Assembly (NCBI GenBank): GCA_003402705.1
Contig: QQNF01000007.1
Location: forward strand, 31,558-95,557
Origin: Verrucomicrobiota bacterium
GTDB lineage: Bacteria; Verrucomicrobiota; Verrucomicrobiia; Verrucomicrobiales; V1-33
Length of the DNA: 64,000 nucleotides
Direction of reading: 5' to 3'
The notes below the pieces were generated by a model. That model saw only the letters and a list, made by a program, of their open reading frames with translations, was not told the origin of the DNA and did no database searches. Each line of letters begins with the position of its first letter. The first letter of the stretch is position 1. The position numbers and the translations under genes were made by a program. Shown here piece by piece: positions 19,442 to 29,368 of this stretch.

Positions 19442-21370
19442 TTAGGCGTCGGGGCCTTTGCCGTCGATGAAGGCGCGGTGCCAGAGTTCGAGGATGACGA
19501 GGGACATGACCTGTTTGAGGTAGAGGAATTCGCGGGATTCCATGCGGGTGAGGAGGGCGCGGACGGCGGCGGGGTCGAAGTAGCCGCGGGCTTTGATCTG
19601 GGAATCGCTGAGCGTGTCGGCGACGAGGTTTTTGAATGCCGGGTGTTCGAAGAAGAATTCGAGCGGGAGGAAGAAAGGGATTTTGGGGCGATGGCCTGGA
19701 GGGTTGGAGGGCATGCCTGCGAAGGCCTTGTCGGCGAGGCGGCGTTCGATCCATTTGTCGGTGCGGCCGCGGAGTTTGAGGTGCGGCGGCATGCGGAAGG
19801 CGAGTTCGATGAGCCTGTGGTCGAGGAAGGGGAGCCTGTACTCGAGGCTGTGGGCCATGGTGTTTTTGTCCTGACGGATGAGGGCCCAGTCCTGGAGCCA
19901 TTCATCGAACTGAAGCCTGAGGAGACGGTCGAGCATGGGTGCCTGCTGGAGCGAGCGTGCGGTGCCGGGTGGGAGCGGGCGTTCGTGCGGGATCCATGAT
20001 TCGCCGGCGAAGTCCTTCATGGACGGGGCGTAGAGCGAGCGGCGTTCTTCTTCCGACCAGAGCGTGCGAAGGGCGTAGAAGTTAGCCATGAGGTGGCGGC
20101 GGCGGTAGTTCAGGAGAAAGTCGACGCCGCGTTTTTTTCCCTGGCTGCCGAGGTCGGCGGGGAAGTGGAAGAAGTGATTGAGGACCTGGTGGGGAATGGC
20201 CTTGAGGATGTTGCCGGCGAGAGGAGCGGCGGGGCCGAGACGGTTGGCGGTGAGGAGTTTTTTGAGGAAGTCGTAGCCTGCGAAGCATTCGTCGGCTCCC
20301 TCGCCGCCGAGGACGACCTTGAGGTCTTTGGCGGCACCCTCGGCGAGTTGATAGAAGGCGATGATGAGGGCGTCGCCGACGGGGCGGTCCATGTGCCAGA
20401 CGATTTTGGGTAGGAGATTGAAGTCGGCGGGCTGGACGTGGATCGTGTGGTGGTTAGTGCCGAGGAAGCGTGCGGTGGCTTCGGCGTCTTTGGTTTCGTC
20501 GATGGGGGAATTGAAGCCGATGCTGTAGGTGCTGATGCCGGAGGTGACCTTGGTCATTCCAGCGACGACGAGGGAGGAATCGACACCGCCGGAGAGGTAG
20601 GCACCGACGGGGACATCGCTGCGCATGTGGAGGCGGATGGCGTCGTCCCAGAGGGCTTCGAATTCTTCGAAGCAGGCTTCGTCGGAGGCGTAGTTGCCGT
20701 CGGTTAGGGGGACTTCCCAGTAGCGTTGGATGGAGAGCGAGCCGGAGCGGGAGAGTTTGAGGAAGTGAGCGGCCGGGAGCATGTCAATGCCTTCGAACAT
20801 GGTGGCTGGTTCCGGGACATTGCGGAGACAGAGGTAGGCGTCGATGGCGCTGGTGCGGCAGCGTGCGGGGACGTGGCGGCTCTGGAGGATGCTTTTGGCT
20901 TCGCTAGCGAAGAGGAAGCGGCCGCTGGCGTGGTGATAGTAGAGCGGTTTCTGGCCGGTGCGGTCGCGGGCGATGAAAGTGTCGCCGGAGCGTTCGTCGC
21001 GGAGACAGAAGGCGAACATGCCATTGAGGCGGGAGAGGAGCCCTTCGAGGCCCCATTGTTCGTAGCCGTGGACGAGGGTTTCGGTGTCGCTGAGGGAAGC
21101 GAAGGAGTGGCCGAGGCCTTCGAGTTGGGAGCGGAGTTCGCGGTAGTTGTAGATTTCGCCATTGAGGACGACGGCGCAGGTGCGGTCTTCGTTAAAGACC
21201 GGTTGCCAGCCGCCGGCGAGGTCGATGATGCTGAGACGGCGCATGCCCATCTGGAAGCCAGGGCGTTCGTAGCGGCCTTCGCCGTCGGGGCCGCGGTGGA
21301 TCTGGACGCGAGCCATGCGGTCGAGCAGACCGTCTTCATCAAACCCGGAAAAGCCGTAGATACCGCACAT
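19442..21370 (-). CDS. asnB: Asparagine synthase (glutamine-hydrolysing) family amidotransferase
   Basis: N-terminal MCGIYG Ntn nucleophile, and SGGVDSS PP-loop motif (YLSGGVDSSLV). Confidence 0.9.
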   Translation of the reverse strand: MCGIYGFSGFDEDGLLDRMARVQIHRGPDGEGRYERPGFQMGMRRLSIIDLAGGWQPVFNEDRTCAVVLNGEIYNYRELRSQLEGLGHSFASLSDTETLVHGYEQWGLEGLLSRLNGMFAFCLRDERSGDTFIARDRTGQKPLYYHHASGRFLFASEAKSILQSRHVPARCRTSAIDAYLCLRNVPEPATMFEGIDMLPAAHFLKLSRSGSLSIQRYWEVPLTDGNYASDEACFEEFEALWDDAIRLHMRSDVPVGAYLSGGVDSSLVVAGMTKVTSGISTYSIGFNSPIDETKDAEATARFLGTNHHTIHVQPADFNLLPKIVWHMDRPVGDALIIAFYQLAEGAAKDLKVVLGGEGADECFAGYDFLKKLLTANRLGPAAPLAGNILKAIPHQVLNHFFHFPADLGSQGKKRGVDFLLNYRRRHLMANFYALRTLWSEEERRSLYAPSMKDFAGESWIPHERPLPPGTARSLQQAPMLDRLLRLQFDEWLQDWALIRQDKNTMAHSLEYRLPFLDHRLIELAFRMPPHLKLRGRTDKWIERRLADKAFAGMPSNPPGHRPKIPFFLPLEFFFEHPAFKNLVADTLSDSQIKARGYFDPAAVRALLTRMESREFLYLKQVMSLVILELWHRAFIDGKGPDA

Positions 21371-21444
21371 GAGAACAGGGAAAACTGTTCATGCAGCGGT
21401 GCGCGGGTGAATTCAACCCGCGGGAGAAGGAATTGCGGAGATGA

Positions 21445-21816
21445 TCAGGTGCCGGCGGATGAGTTCTGCTGCTGTGCCACGATGGCGGCGATGGTGCCGG
21501 AGTCTGGGGCGGAGGAACCGGCGATGGCGAGGCTGGCGAGGTTATAGCCGCAGCCTGGGAGGTTGTTGGACCAGATGATCTGGCCGGAGGCGAGGTCGAG
21601 GCAGTGGATTTCGCCGCGGGCGTGGGCGAAGGCGTGCGGAGGGTCGACGAGGAGCGTGACGAAGTAGGCCATGCCGGGGAGGCGGGTGCGCCACAGTTCG
21701 ATGCCGTCAGATTTGCGGAGGGCGACGACGAGGCCCTGGGTGGCGACGAGGATGAGATCGGGTGCGGGGAGTGCCGGTGGCACGGGAGGGAGGAACGGGT
21801 AGGGTGAGGAGGCCAT
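21445..21816 (-). CDS. Small PQQ-like/BamB-like beta-propeller repeat protein
   Basis: Two repeat signatures: VVALRKSDGIELWRTRL and IHCLDLASGQIIWSNNL. The coding strand has the C3 bias expected for a native minus-strand gene here. Confidence 0.5.
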   Translation of the reverse strand: MASSPYPFLPPVPPALPAPDLILVATQGLVVALRKSDGIELWRTRLPGMAYFVTLLVDPPHAFAHARGEIHCLDLASGQIIWSNNLPGCGYNLASLAIAGSSAPDSGTIAAIVAQQQNSSAGT

Positions 21817-22078
21817 GTGGCAATGGAGATCGGGCGGGGCGGACGGGACGAGGGAACTGGTACGTGAAGCGGTTCAAATTCGTCCCTTGCCAGCGAGGGA
21901 AACGGGGTTACTGGTCCCGTCCCCTGCGTCCCGGAACTTCTGGACGGGCAAACTGTCCCGCGGAAGCAGCTACCAACAAACCAACTGCGCCATGTCCGGC
22001 CCGAAGATCATAGCATTTCCATCCAATGGGGTGAGTGCTGCGACTCCGGAACCGGGTGTAGCCGTCCCCTTTCGAGAT

Positions 22079-22303
22079 ATGAAGACTGACCTCATTGAAA
22101 AAGCCGCCAAAGTGATTCCGAATCCTCCGGTGCTGGTGAATCTTGTGTCGCGCCGGGTGCGCCAACTGAATCAAGGCCGTGCGCCGCTGATCAATCCGGC
22201 TTCGTACGGGATGCGGCTTGGGCAGGGTGACATTGCGCTGCTGGAGATTATTGAGGGGAAGATTTCGGCTGAGTTTTCCGACGTGGTGCCTGAAGAAGTT
22301 TGA
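22079..22303 (+). CDS. rpoZ: DNA-directed RNA polymerase omega subunit
   Basis: MKTDLIEKAAKVIPNPPVLVNLVSRRVRQLNQG matches the omega N-terminal helix pattern. The track ORF starts at 21815 and an alternative ATG lies at 21992. Confidence 0.6.
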   Translation: MKTDLIEKAAKVIPNPPVLVNLVSRRVRQLNQGRAPLINPASYGMRLGQGDIALLEIIEGKISAEFSDVVPEEV

Positions 22304-22328
22304 TTCCGGCGAGGCTGGAGTCGGCTGA

Positions 22329-22853
22329 GTGACGACTGTATTCTGGAGTTGCCTGATTGGCTGCTGCGGGGGCGGTCCAATTGAAACTGCTGTTGTGAAC
22401 GCGGAAATTGCTTCGAACCGCAAGGCCCTGCACGAGTATCACATCCTTGAGAAGTTCGAGGCTGGGATCGAGTTGAAAGGGACGGAGGTGAAGTCGGCGC
22501 GCGAGGGGAAGATCAACCTTCGCGATGCGTTTGCGCGGGTGGATGATGGGCAGTGCCTGCTGTACGGTTGCGACATTCAGCCGTATCAGAACGCGAGCTG
22601 GGAGAAGCCTGATCCGAGACGGGTGCGGCGGTTGCTGCTGCACAAGAAGGAGATCATGCGGCTGTACGGGATTTGTCAGGTGAAGGGTCATGCGCTGGTG
22701 GCGTTGCGGGCGTACTGGAAAGGGCCACGGGTGAAGATTGAGATTGCGGTGGCGCGGGGCAAGGACGCCGGGGACAAGCGCGAGGCGCTGAAGGGGAAAG
22801 AGGCGAAGCGGGAGATGGACCGCGAGCTGGCGCATTTCAACCGGCGCAAGTGA
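22329..22853 (+). CDS. smpB: SsrA-binding protein
   Basis: NRKALHEYHILEKFEAGIELKGTEVKS, RRVRRLLLHKKEI, and a basic C-terminal tail. The true start is probably about 60 nt downstream of the track start. Confidence 0.9.
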   Translation: MTTVFWSCLIGCCGGGPIETAVVNAEIASNRKALHEYHILEKFEAGIELKGTEVKSAREGKINLRDAFARVDDGQCLLYGCDIQPYQNASWEKPDPRRVRRLLLHKKEIMRLYGICQVKGHALVALRAYWKGPRVKIEIAVARGKDAGDKREALKGKEAKREMDRELAHFNRRK

Positions 22854-22902
22854 CGGGCAAAATGAGGTTTGAAAACGTGTCGGGCAGCGGCCATGGGAGG
22901 AG

Positions 22903-25257
22903 ATGAGCGTTTCCCGACGTCAGGTGCTGGCATCCGTGCTGGCTGCGGTTCCCGCGGTTTTGCTGCCTGAGGGATTGCGTGGGCAGACGCCGCTGACGGC
23001 AGGGCAGGGCGAGCGGTTGAAGAAGCTGATACCGAGGACGTTTGCGAAGCTGCAGCGGCGGGAGACGATTTATGCGGCGGTGTTCGGGGATGATCTGAGC
23101 ACGTTTTTTCAGCAGCGTCCGGACGAGAGTTCCTATGACGCGGTGTTTGCGTGGCATGGGCGACTGCTGGACCGGCTTGGCGGGGATTTTTACTATCATG
23201 GTGGGGTGATTGACCTTGAGCCGCACAGTGCGATGAAGCGGGAGGAAGCTGGGATTGAGAAGCAGTGGAAGGAATATGTGGTGCAGGCGGCGCAGTGGGA
23301 GAAGCTGAAGAAGGGGCCGGTTCCGGTGCTGCCTGGTCCGATCGGGCGGCAGAAGGAAGCGCCGATGGCGGTGTTTTCGGTGAATGATCTGCTGCGCAGG
23401 GGTTTGCCGGCGTCGCGGCGGCCGGTGAGCCGGTCGCAGATTTACCTGAGGAATTTTGCGAGGGACGGGGCAGTGGCGATTCAGGCACTGGAGCCGCTGA
23501 CTAGCGAAGTATTTCTGAATGATACGGGTGCGGAGACGGACCTTGTGCTGATTGGCTGCGGGGGGCGCGACGCGCTGAACGGGGTATCGCTGGCGTCGTT
23601 CCGGGCGGCGCTGGAGAAGTCGGTGGCATTGTGCCGGGAGAAGGGCGCGGACGTGATTCTAGCGGCAATGCCACCGTCGCTGGAGGGCGGAGATGCGCGG
23701 ACGAGCCTTGGGAGAGCGCGACCTTATGCGGGGGTGATGAGGGCGGTAGCGGAGGCGTCGGGCGTGTTTTTTGCGGATCTTGGGAATGCGTTGCTGAGGC
23801 AGCCGTCGGACCTGATCAACCTGAATGCGGAGCAGGGGTTCAATGCGATGCTGGAGACGACGCGGCGGCATTATGATCATCCGGGAGCGCCTGAGGCCGG
23901 GGTTTCGTGGCATCCGAATGCGGCCGCGCACAGGAGGATGGGGGAGACTGCGGCGCGGTGGCTGATCGAAGGGGAACCGGAGCCGCAGCTGGCGGTTTCT
24001 GCGTCGCTGGACATGGCGGCGGGGGCGGCGGATGAAGCGGTTCTAACGGTGAGGCTGGCGAATCGTTCCGAGCAGCCGGTTGGGTGTGTCGTGTGTCCGC
24101 TGGCGCTGACGGGTTACGTGGTGAAGCCGGGAACTCCTGATACGGCGATGGTGGTGAGCCCTGGGAAGGCGCGCCGTGTGCTGCTGCCGGTGGTGCGGGC
24201 GGCGGTTGGCGGGAATCCGCAGAGTCGCGGTGATCTTCCGCCGGGTGACGAGGGATTGGTCCGCGGGGCGCTGCTGGTGAGTGACGATGGCTGGCAGCAG
24301 CTGGTTGATTTTGCGGCACCGGTACAGCCGGTGGGTTTGCTTTGGCCTGAGGAGCGCGAAGATGGAGTGGCTGGAGATTATCTGCTGGAGGCGACGGTGG
24401 TGAATGGCGGCAGTGTTCCGCTGGAAGTGGTAGCGACGGTGCGCTGGCGGGGCACGGTGAGCGAGGTGCCTATCAAGCTTGCTCCGGGCGCGAAGATGCC
24501 GCTGCCGCTGCGCCTCGCGCTGCCGGATCCTGCGGCGGCGTTCCGTTTCAAGGAATCGGTCCGGGTGGAGATTCCAGTAGCGGGGAAATTGATAGGATTC
24601 GAGCGCAGCATTGAAGGTGTCCGGCATGGCGGATTGAATCAGCTGCTGCCGCTGGTTCCGCTGGCGGCGTGGGGTGCGCGGCCTGCGGCAGACCCGGGGG
24701 TTTTCGGAACGGCGAGTGTGCAGGCTGATCTCGAGGGGATCTACTTCATTGTCGAGGTGCCGCCTGAGACGGTTTCTGACGATGTGGCTGGGAAGCCGTG
24801 GGCGGCGCTGGAGGTGCAGATGGACGGGCGCGGGGAGGCTGCGAACGGGACGTTCGGGTGCATCGGGAAGATTGCGATGGATGTTCCGCGCGAGGACGGG
24901 CCGGTGAAGGTGAAGGCGGTGCGACCGGCGGCGTTCGGCGAAGGGTATGCCTATCAATATCATCCTGACAGCTTCCGGGCGAGGGTGGAGACCCGGCCGG
25001 ATGGGACGAGGAGGATAGAGTTCACGATGAAGCGAGGCAATCTGGTGCATCACGAGTGGTCGCTGGATGGATCCGGTCAGAGCGATCTCGGGATCAACGT
25101 GAGGATTTTTCTGTGTGAAGCGGCGGCAGGAGGACTGTCGGCGGGTCGGGCGGGTGCGCTGGCGGCGAGCGGGTTTTCGCCATATGACGGGCGGAGCCTG
25201 ACGGCGTTTGAACTGAGGGCGAATCCGGCGGTGCGGTGGTCGCTGCGCGTTTTCTGA
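22903..25257 (+). CDS. Large exported protein with an SGNH/GDSL-hydrolase-like N-terminal region
   Basis: Tat-like signal MSVSRRQVLASVLAAVPA. GDSL-like blocks AAVFGDDLS and LIGCGGRDALNG. The remainder is unassigned. Confidence 0.5.
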   Translation: MSVSRRQVLASVLAAVPAVLLPEGLRGQTPLTAGQGERLKKLIPRTFAKLQRRETIYAAVFGDDLSTFFQQRPDESSYDAVFAWHGRLLDRLGGDFYYHGGVIDLEPHSAMKREEAGIEKQWKEYVVQAAQWEKLKKGPVPVLPGPIGRQKEAPMAVFSVNDLLRRGLPASRRPVSRSQIYLRNFARDGAVAIQALEPLTSEVFLNDTGAETDLVLIGCGGRDALNGVSLASFRAALEKSVALCREKGADVILAAMPPSLEGGDARTSLGRARPYAGVMRAVAEASGVFFADLGNALLRQPSDLINLNAEQGFNAMLETTRRHYDHPGAPEAGVSWHPNAAAHRRMGETAARWLIEGEPEPQLAVSASLDMAAGAADEAVLTVRLANRSEQPVGCVVCPLALTGYVVKPGTPDTAMVVSPGKARRVLLPVVRAAVGGNPQSRGDLPPGDEGLVRGALLVSDDGWQQLVDFAAPVQPVGLLWPEEREDGVAGDYLLEATVVNGGSVPLEVVATVRWRGTVSEVPIKLAPGAKMPLPLRLALPDPAAAFRFKESVRVEIPVAGKLIGFERSIEGVRHGGLNQLLPLVPLAAWGARPAADPGVFGTASVQADLEGIYFIVEVPPETVSDDVAGKPWAALEVQMDGRGEAANGTFGCIGKIAMDVPREDGPVKVKAVRPAAFGEGYAYQYHPDSFRARVETRPDGTRRIEFTMKRGNLVHHEWSLDGSGQSDLGINVRIFLCEAAAGGLSAGRAGALAASGFSPYDGRSLTAFELRANPAVRWSLRVF

Positions 25258-25277
25258 ACTGAGCCGGACTGAAGGAA

Positions 25278-25763
25278 ATGCGCGCTGAGGTATCGATTCG
25301 GGATCAATGTCTGCGGCTGATGGACGGGCGCGGGCGCATGGTGGCGTGGTATCCGGTGTCGACGGCGGCGAATGGCCCTGGATTTGTGCCCGGGAGCAAC
25401 TGCACGCCGACGGGGAGGTTCCGGGTCTGGAAGAAGATTGGCCGCGGGGCGAGGATGGGGACGATTTTCAGGAGCAGGGAAGCGGTGGGGCATTGGAGGG
25501 GCGAGACCTGCGAGGAGGACCTGATCCTTTCAAGGATTCTGTGGCTTGACGGAGTGGATGGGGCGAACGGGAACACGAGGGAGCGCTACATTTACATTCA
25601 CGGCACGAATCAGGAGGAGCGCATTGGACATCCGGCGAGCCATGGGTGTGTGCGGATGACGAATCGGGACGTGATTGATCTTTTCCGGCGTCTCCCTGAG
25701 GGTGCGGAGGTCGTTATTGAGGAGACGGCACCGGGTGTATTCCTGCCGCCGCTGCTGCTGTGA
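25278..25763 (+). CDS. L,D-transpeptidase (YkuD domain)
   Basis: YIYIHGTNQEERIGHPASHGCVRMTNRDVIDLF. Confidence 0.85.
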   Translation: MRAEVSIRDQCLRLMDGRGRMVAWYPVSTAANGPGFVPGSNCTPTGRFRVWKKIGRGARMGTIFRSREAVGHWRGETCEEDLILSRILWLDGVDGANGNTRERYIYIHGTNQEERIGHPASHGCVRMTNRDVIDLFRRLPEGAEVVIEETAPGVFLPPLLL

Positions 25764-26434
25764 TTGAACTCCGCCATGTTTACCGCCAGTACCGCGCCGA
25801 GGGAAGACCTGTGGCTGCGCTGGACGGAGTGAGCCTGACTCTCGCGGAGGGGACCTTTACGGCGATCACGGGGCCGAGTGGGTGCGGCAAGAGCACCCTG
25901 CTGCATCTTCTTGCGGCGCTCGACAAGCCGACGTCAGGCGAGATTGAAGTTGCGGGAGTCCGGTTGGACACGGCCGGGGAGAAGGAGCGGACGCTGTACC
26001 GGCGGCGGACAGCGGGCATTGTGTTTCAGTTCTTTCACCTGCTGCCGGGAATGACACTGGAGGAGAATGTTAGCCTTCCGCTGATTCTTGCAGGGCAGGG
26101 TGCGGGTCCGGCATCTGAGCGGGCTAGAGAATTGCTGGTGATGGCCGGATTGGATGGAAAGTTCAACCGGTTGCCGCATGAGGTGAGCGGAGGTGAGATG
26201 CAGCGCACGGCGGTGGCGCGGGCACTGGTGCATCGGCCGCGGCTGCTGCTGGCGGACGAGCCGACGGGGAATCTTGATTCGGAGGGTGCGGGACTGGTGA
26301 TGGATCTCCTGCACCGGATTCATCAAGAGCGGCACGCGACGATCGTGATGGTGACGCACAGTGAAGCGATTGCTGCGTCGCTTCCGGCCCGGCTGTACAT
26401 GCGCGACGGGCGCGTGGTGCGTCAGGAATCCTGA
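25760..26434 (+). CDS. ABC transporter ATP-binding protein (LolD/MacB/FtsE-like)
   Basis: Walker A GPSGCGKST, signature SGGEMQR, Walker B LLLADEPT, H-loop VTHS. GTG start overlaps the preceding stop (GTGA). Confidence 0.9.
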   Translation: MIELRHVYRQYRAEGRPVAALDGVSLTLAEGTFTAITGPSGCGKSTLLHLLAALDKPTSGEIEVAGVRLDTAGEKERTLYRRRTAGIVFQFFHLLPGMTLEENVSLPLILAGQGAGPASERARELLVMAGLDGKFNRLPHEVSGGEMQRTAVARALVHRPRLLLADEPTGNLDSEGAGLVMDLLHRIHQERHATIVMVTHSEAIAASLPARLYMRDGRVVRQES

Positions 26435-27237
26435 TGGTCGGCGAGGTTGATGCCGAAGAGAGCCGAGAGGTCGGCACCGTCTACGCAAGGTGGGGAGATG
26501 TCGCCGGTGAGGGCGGAGACGACATCGCCAAGGTTTGAGGTTTGAAGCGAGGCTGGGTCGATGCCGCGGAGGAGGAAGAGTTCAGCGGGATGGTCATCAA
26601 AGCGGCAACCAGTGGCGTAGAGGGCGGCGGCGACGTGTTCGCAGAGACTGGCATCGTCTGGGCAGGAACAGGCGAAGCGGATGTCCGACGGTGAAGGAAA
26701 CAAGCCGGTGTCCGGGGCGGCGACGATGGTCATGACCTCAGCGCTGAGGTCGCCGGAGAGTAGTTCCACGATGCTGCCGATTCTGCCACGGAGTCGCTGG
26801 ACGAGTGCGGCTGCAGCGTCGTCGTCGGGTGGTCTGATGGTGATAGTGACGTCGAAGAGACGTTGTCCGGCGACGACGGCGCGGATGCTGCCGGTTTCCA
26901 GGGTCAAGCGAAGCACGCGGCCGGCGCGGAGGGCGGTGCGGCCGCGAGGGAGGCGGCTGGCGTAGTCGGCGCATTCCATGAGGTAACGGTTCCATGCCAT
27001 GCCCCAGAAAGTGGTGGCGAGATTGCGCGCATGGCCGGGAAGGATGGGTTCGAGGATTTCACCGGCGTCGCGGCGGGACTCAAGTTCACGGGTGGCGCGG
27101 GCGGGGAGAGCGCCACCGTTAGGACGTTCCGAATCGTCGTCGGGGTCGTGTTCAGCGGAGCGCCGACTGAATTTGCGGCGTTGCGGCCCCTCGTCGTCAT
27201 AGACGATATCGTCGCGGAATGGAGGTCGACCGCTCAT
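26422..27237 (-). CDS. SWIM zinc-finger family protein
   Basis: CxCx(n)CxH signature: FACSCPDDASLCEHVAAALY. Confidence 0.7.
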   Translation of the reverse strand: MSGRPPFRDDIVYDDEGPQRRKFSRRSAEHDPDDDSERPNGGALPARATRELESRRDAGEILEPILPGHARNLATTFWGMAWNRYLMECADYASRLPRGRTALRAGRVLRLTLETGSIRAVVAGQRLFDVTITIRPPDDDAAAALVQRLRGRIGSIVELLSGDLSAEVMTIVAAPDTGLFPSPSDIRFACSCPDDASLCEHVAAALYATGCRFDDHPAELFLLRGIDPASLQTSNLGDVVSALTGDISPPCVDGADLSALFGINLADHQDS

Positions 27238-27240
27238 GGA

Positions 27241-28089
27241 TCAGGGCTTGGATTCGATGACTGCGTGGATGGGAAAGTGGTCAGACGGCCAACCATCGGC
27301 AGACGGTGTGCGGATGATCGCGGCATTGATGATTTTCCAGCCTTGGGGTGCGAAGATATAGTCGATTTTCGAGCCCTTAGCGGATCCGGTGAAGTTGTGA
27401 AACGTGCTGCTGTCGGCGGCGGGGACATCCGGGTGGAAGGCGCGCCATGTGTCGATGAAGCCGGCGGATTTGAAGGCCGTTACGGCCGGGTTATCCTCTC
27501 CGGCGTTGAGATCGCCCGTGATGAAGACAGGGTGTTTTCGAGACTTGATCCGCTCGAGCAGTGCGGTGGTGGATTTTTCCCGAGAGGGCTGAGACTGGTG
27601 ATCGAAGTGTGCGTTGAAGAAGTCGAAGCTCAGTCCATCACTTTTCCTCCTGAATGAGGCCCATGTGCAGATGCGCGGGATGTTGTTGCCCCATGATTTG
27701 CTGCCTGGCTGATCTGGAGTGTCGGAGAACCAGAACGTGCCGCTGGCGGTGACGTCGAGGAGGTCCTTCCGGTAGAGAATGGCCGAGTACTCGCCGGCGG
27801 ATTTTCCGTCGTCTCGCCCGACACCGATCTCTGCGTACTGGGGAAGACAGGTGGCAAGATCGTCGAGCATGCCACGGAGGCCTTCCTGGAGACCGGCAAC
27901 CTCTGCCTGATGGCCCTTGATGATGGCGGCGGCGGCATCTCGGCGGTTTGTCCAGTTCCTAGATTCCTTGTCGCCATTGTTGGCGTAGCGGAGGTTGAAG
28001 GACATGAGGTGGAGTGGTTCGGCGGCGGCTAATTCATTAGCAGACATAGCGATGAGGATGGAGAGGCAAATCCAGCTGGATGACTTCAT
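27241..28089 (-). CDS. Secreted endonuclease/exonuclease/phosphatase (EEP) family protein
   Basis: Start at ATG 28089 (MKSSSWICLSILIAMSANELAAA signal). It has LMSFNLRY near the N-terminus and SDHFPI at the C-terminus. The track ORF extends to 28275. Confidence 0.8.
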   Translation of the reverse strand: MKSSSWICLSILIAMSANELAAAEPLHLMSFNLRYANNGDKESRNWTNRRDAAAAIIKGHQAEVAGLQEGLRGMLDDLATCLPQYAEIGVGRDDGKSAGEYSAILYRKDLLDVTASGTFWFSDTPDQPGSKSWGNNIPRICTWASFRRKSDGLSFDFFNAHFDHQSQPSREKSTTALLERIKSRKHPVFITGDLNAGEDNPAVTAFKSAGFIDTWRAFHPDVPAADSSTFHNFTGSAKGSKIDYIFAPQGWKIINAAIIRTPSADGWPSDHFPIHAVIESKP

Positions 28090-28274
28090 TTTACGATCAT
28101 GGGGGAAAGTGAGGCGTGTGTCAAAGACGTGAAGTATTTCAAGTTCACGATTATCTGATAAAGTAACGCATGAATGATATTGGCGCTTGATCGGAAGGTG
28201 GCGTGGCTCAGGAGTTACGTTCAGCAATCGATCGCCCGGAAGGGTGTGTGCTGCGCCGGAGTTTCCGGCAATCA

Positions 28275-29348
28275 ATGAACCCGCACGGCTTTATCTACGA
28301 CGACGAAGACCCGCTGCTCGGACCGCTGGTGCGGTATCTGAGGCGGCATCCGAAACGCGTGGTCTTTCCGGACGGACAAGATCTCCGGGTTCTGCGCGCT
28401 GCTGCGGAACTTGCCAGGCTCGAAGCCGTTGCGCCGGTCCTGCTGGGAAACCGGGTAGCAATCCAGTCACTCGCACGAGAACATGGGATCAAACTCGACT
28501 TTGTGGGTATCATCGATCCGGAAGCGAGCCATGATTTCGAGCGATTCTGCGAGCTTTACCGCAAGGTCAGCCGTTATCGGAAAGCTGGGGCGGTCGATCC
28601 CCGCGAAGTAATGTCTCAGCCTGGATATTTTGCCGCCATGATGCTGCAGTACGGATACGCCGATGGCGCGGTGGGAGGGAACCAGATGATTCCGGCAGCA
28701 TGGTTTCGAGCACTGCAGCATCTTATCCGCAAGCTGCCCGGAATTGATGCAGTGTCCAGTTGTGCTCCGCTTCGCCTTCCTGACCGCCCAGAGATTGGGT
28801 GTGGTGGCACGCTGGTGCTCGCAGACTGCGCTGTCATCCCCTCGCCGACCGTTCCGCAACTGGCCATGATCGCTGTTGAGTCGGCTAAAGTGGCGGCGGC
28901 ACTGCTTCAGGAACGGCCGCGGGTGGCAATGGTGAGCTTTTCCACTCGAGGCAGCGCCACCCACGCTGCTGTGCAAAAGGTGGCGGCTGCCACTGGACTC
29001 GCGAGGGAACACCTGCGCAGTCAGCGGATTGATGCGGAGATCGACGGGGAACTCGAGATCGACGCCGCACTGGATCCCGAAACAGCCCGGATCAAGGCTC
29101 CCGGAAGTCCTCTTGGCGGACGTGCCAATGTCCTTGTCTTTCCGGATCTCGACGCAGCGCATTCGGCCTTCAAACTGCTTGAATGCACCGCGCGAGCACA
29201 GTCGGCCGGTCAGCAGATTCTCGGGCTTGCCCGTCCAGCGGCACAGGTTTCGCGGGGTGCCTCATGGGGCGCTGTTTTTGCTGCCGCGCTAGCAACCGCC
29301 ATGCGGGCAGTTTCCTTCCGTTCGCTCATCGAGAACGAACGGGGCTGA
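28275..29348 (+). CDS. Phosphate acetyl/butyryl-transferase (PTA_PTB family)
   Basis: RVVFPDGQDLRVLRAA, YADGAVGG, VSFSTRGSA, ANVLVFPDLDAAHSAFKLL. ATG at 28275; the track start is 28203. Confidence 0.7.
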   Translation: MNPHGFIYDDEDPLLGPLVRYLRRHPKRVVFPDGQDLRVLRAAAELARLEAVAPVLLGNRVAIQSLAREHGIKLDFVGIIDPEASHDFERFCELYRKVSRYRKAGAVDPREVMSQPGYFAAMMLQYGYADGAVGGNQMIPAAWFRALQHLIRKLPGIDAVSSCAPLRLPDRPEIGCGGTLVLADCAVIPSPTVPQLAMIAVESAKVAAALLQERPRVAMVSFSTRGSATHAAVQKVAAATGLAREHLRSQRIDAEIDGELEIDAALDPETARIKAPGSPLGGRANVLVFPDLDAAHSAFKLLECTARAQSAGQQILGLARPAAQVSRGASWGAVFAAALATAMRAVSFRSLIENERG

Positions 29349-29368
29349 AGCCATTGAAAACCGTATGA

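Noticed and set aside
21816-22900. tmRNA (ssrA) next to smpB
   Set aside because: The flanking intergenic spaces are only tens of bp, and no tRNA-like acceptor or tag-ORF structure is apparent.
28100-28200. AT-rich patch with the near-palindrome TTATCTGATAA as an alternative dif site
   Set aside because: It has no TTATGT-type XerD arm and a poor match to the 11-6-11 dif architecture. It is more likely the shared promoter region of the divergent EEP and pta genes.
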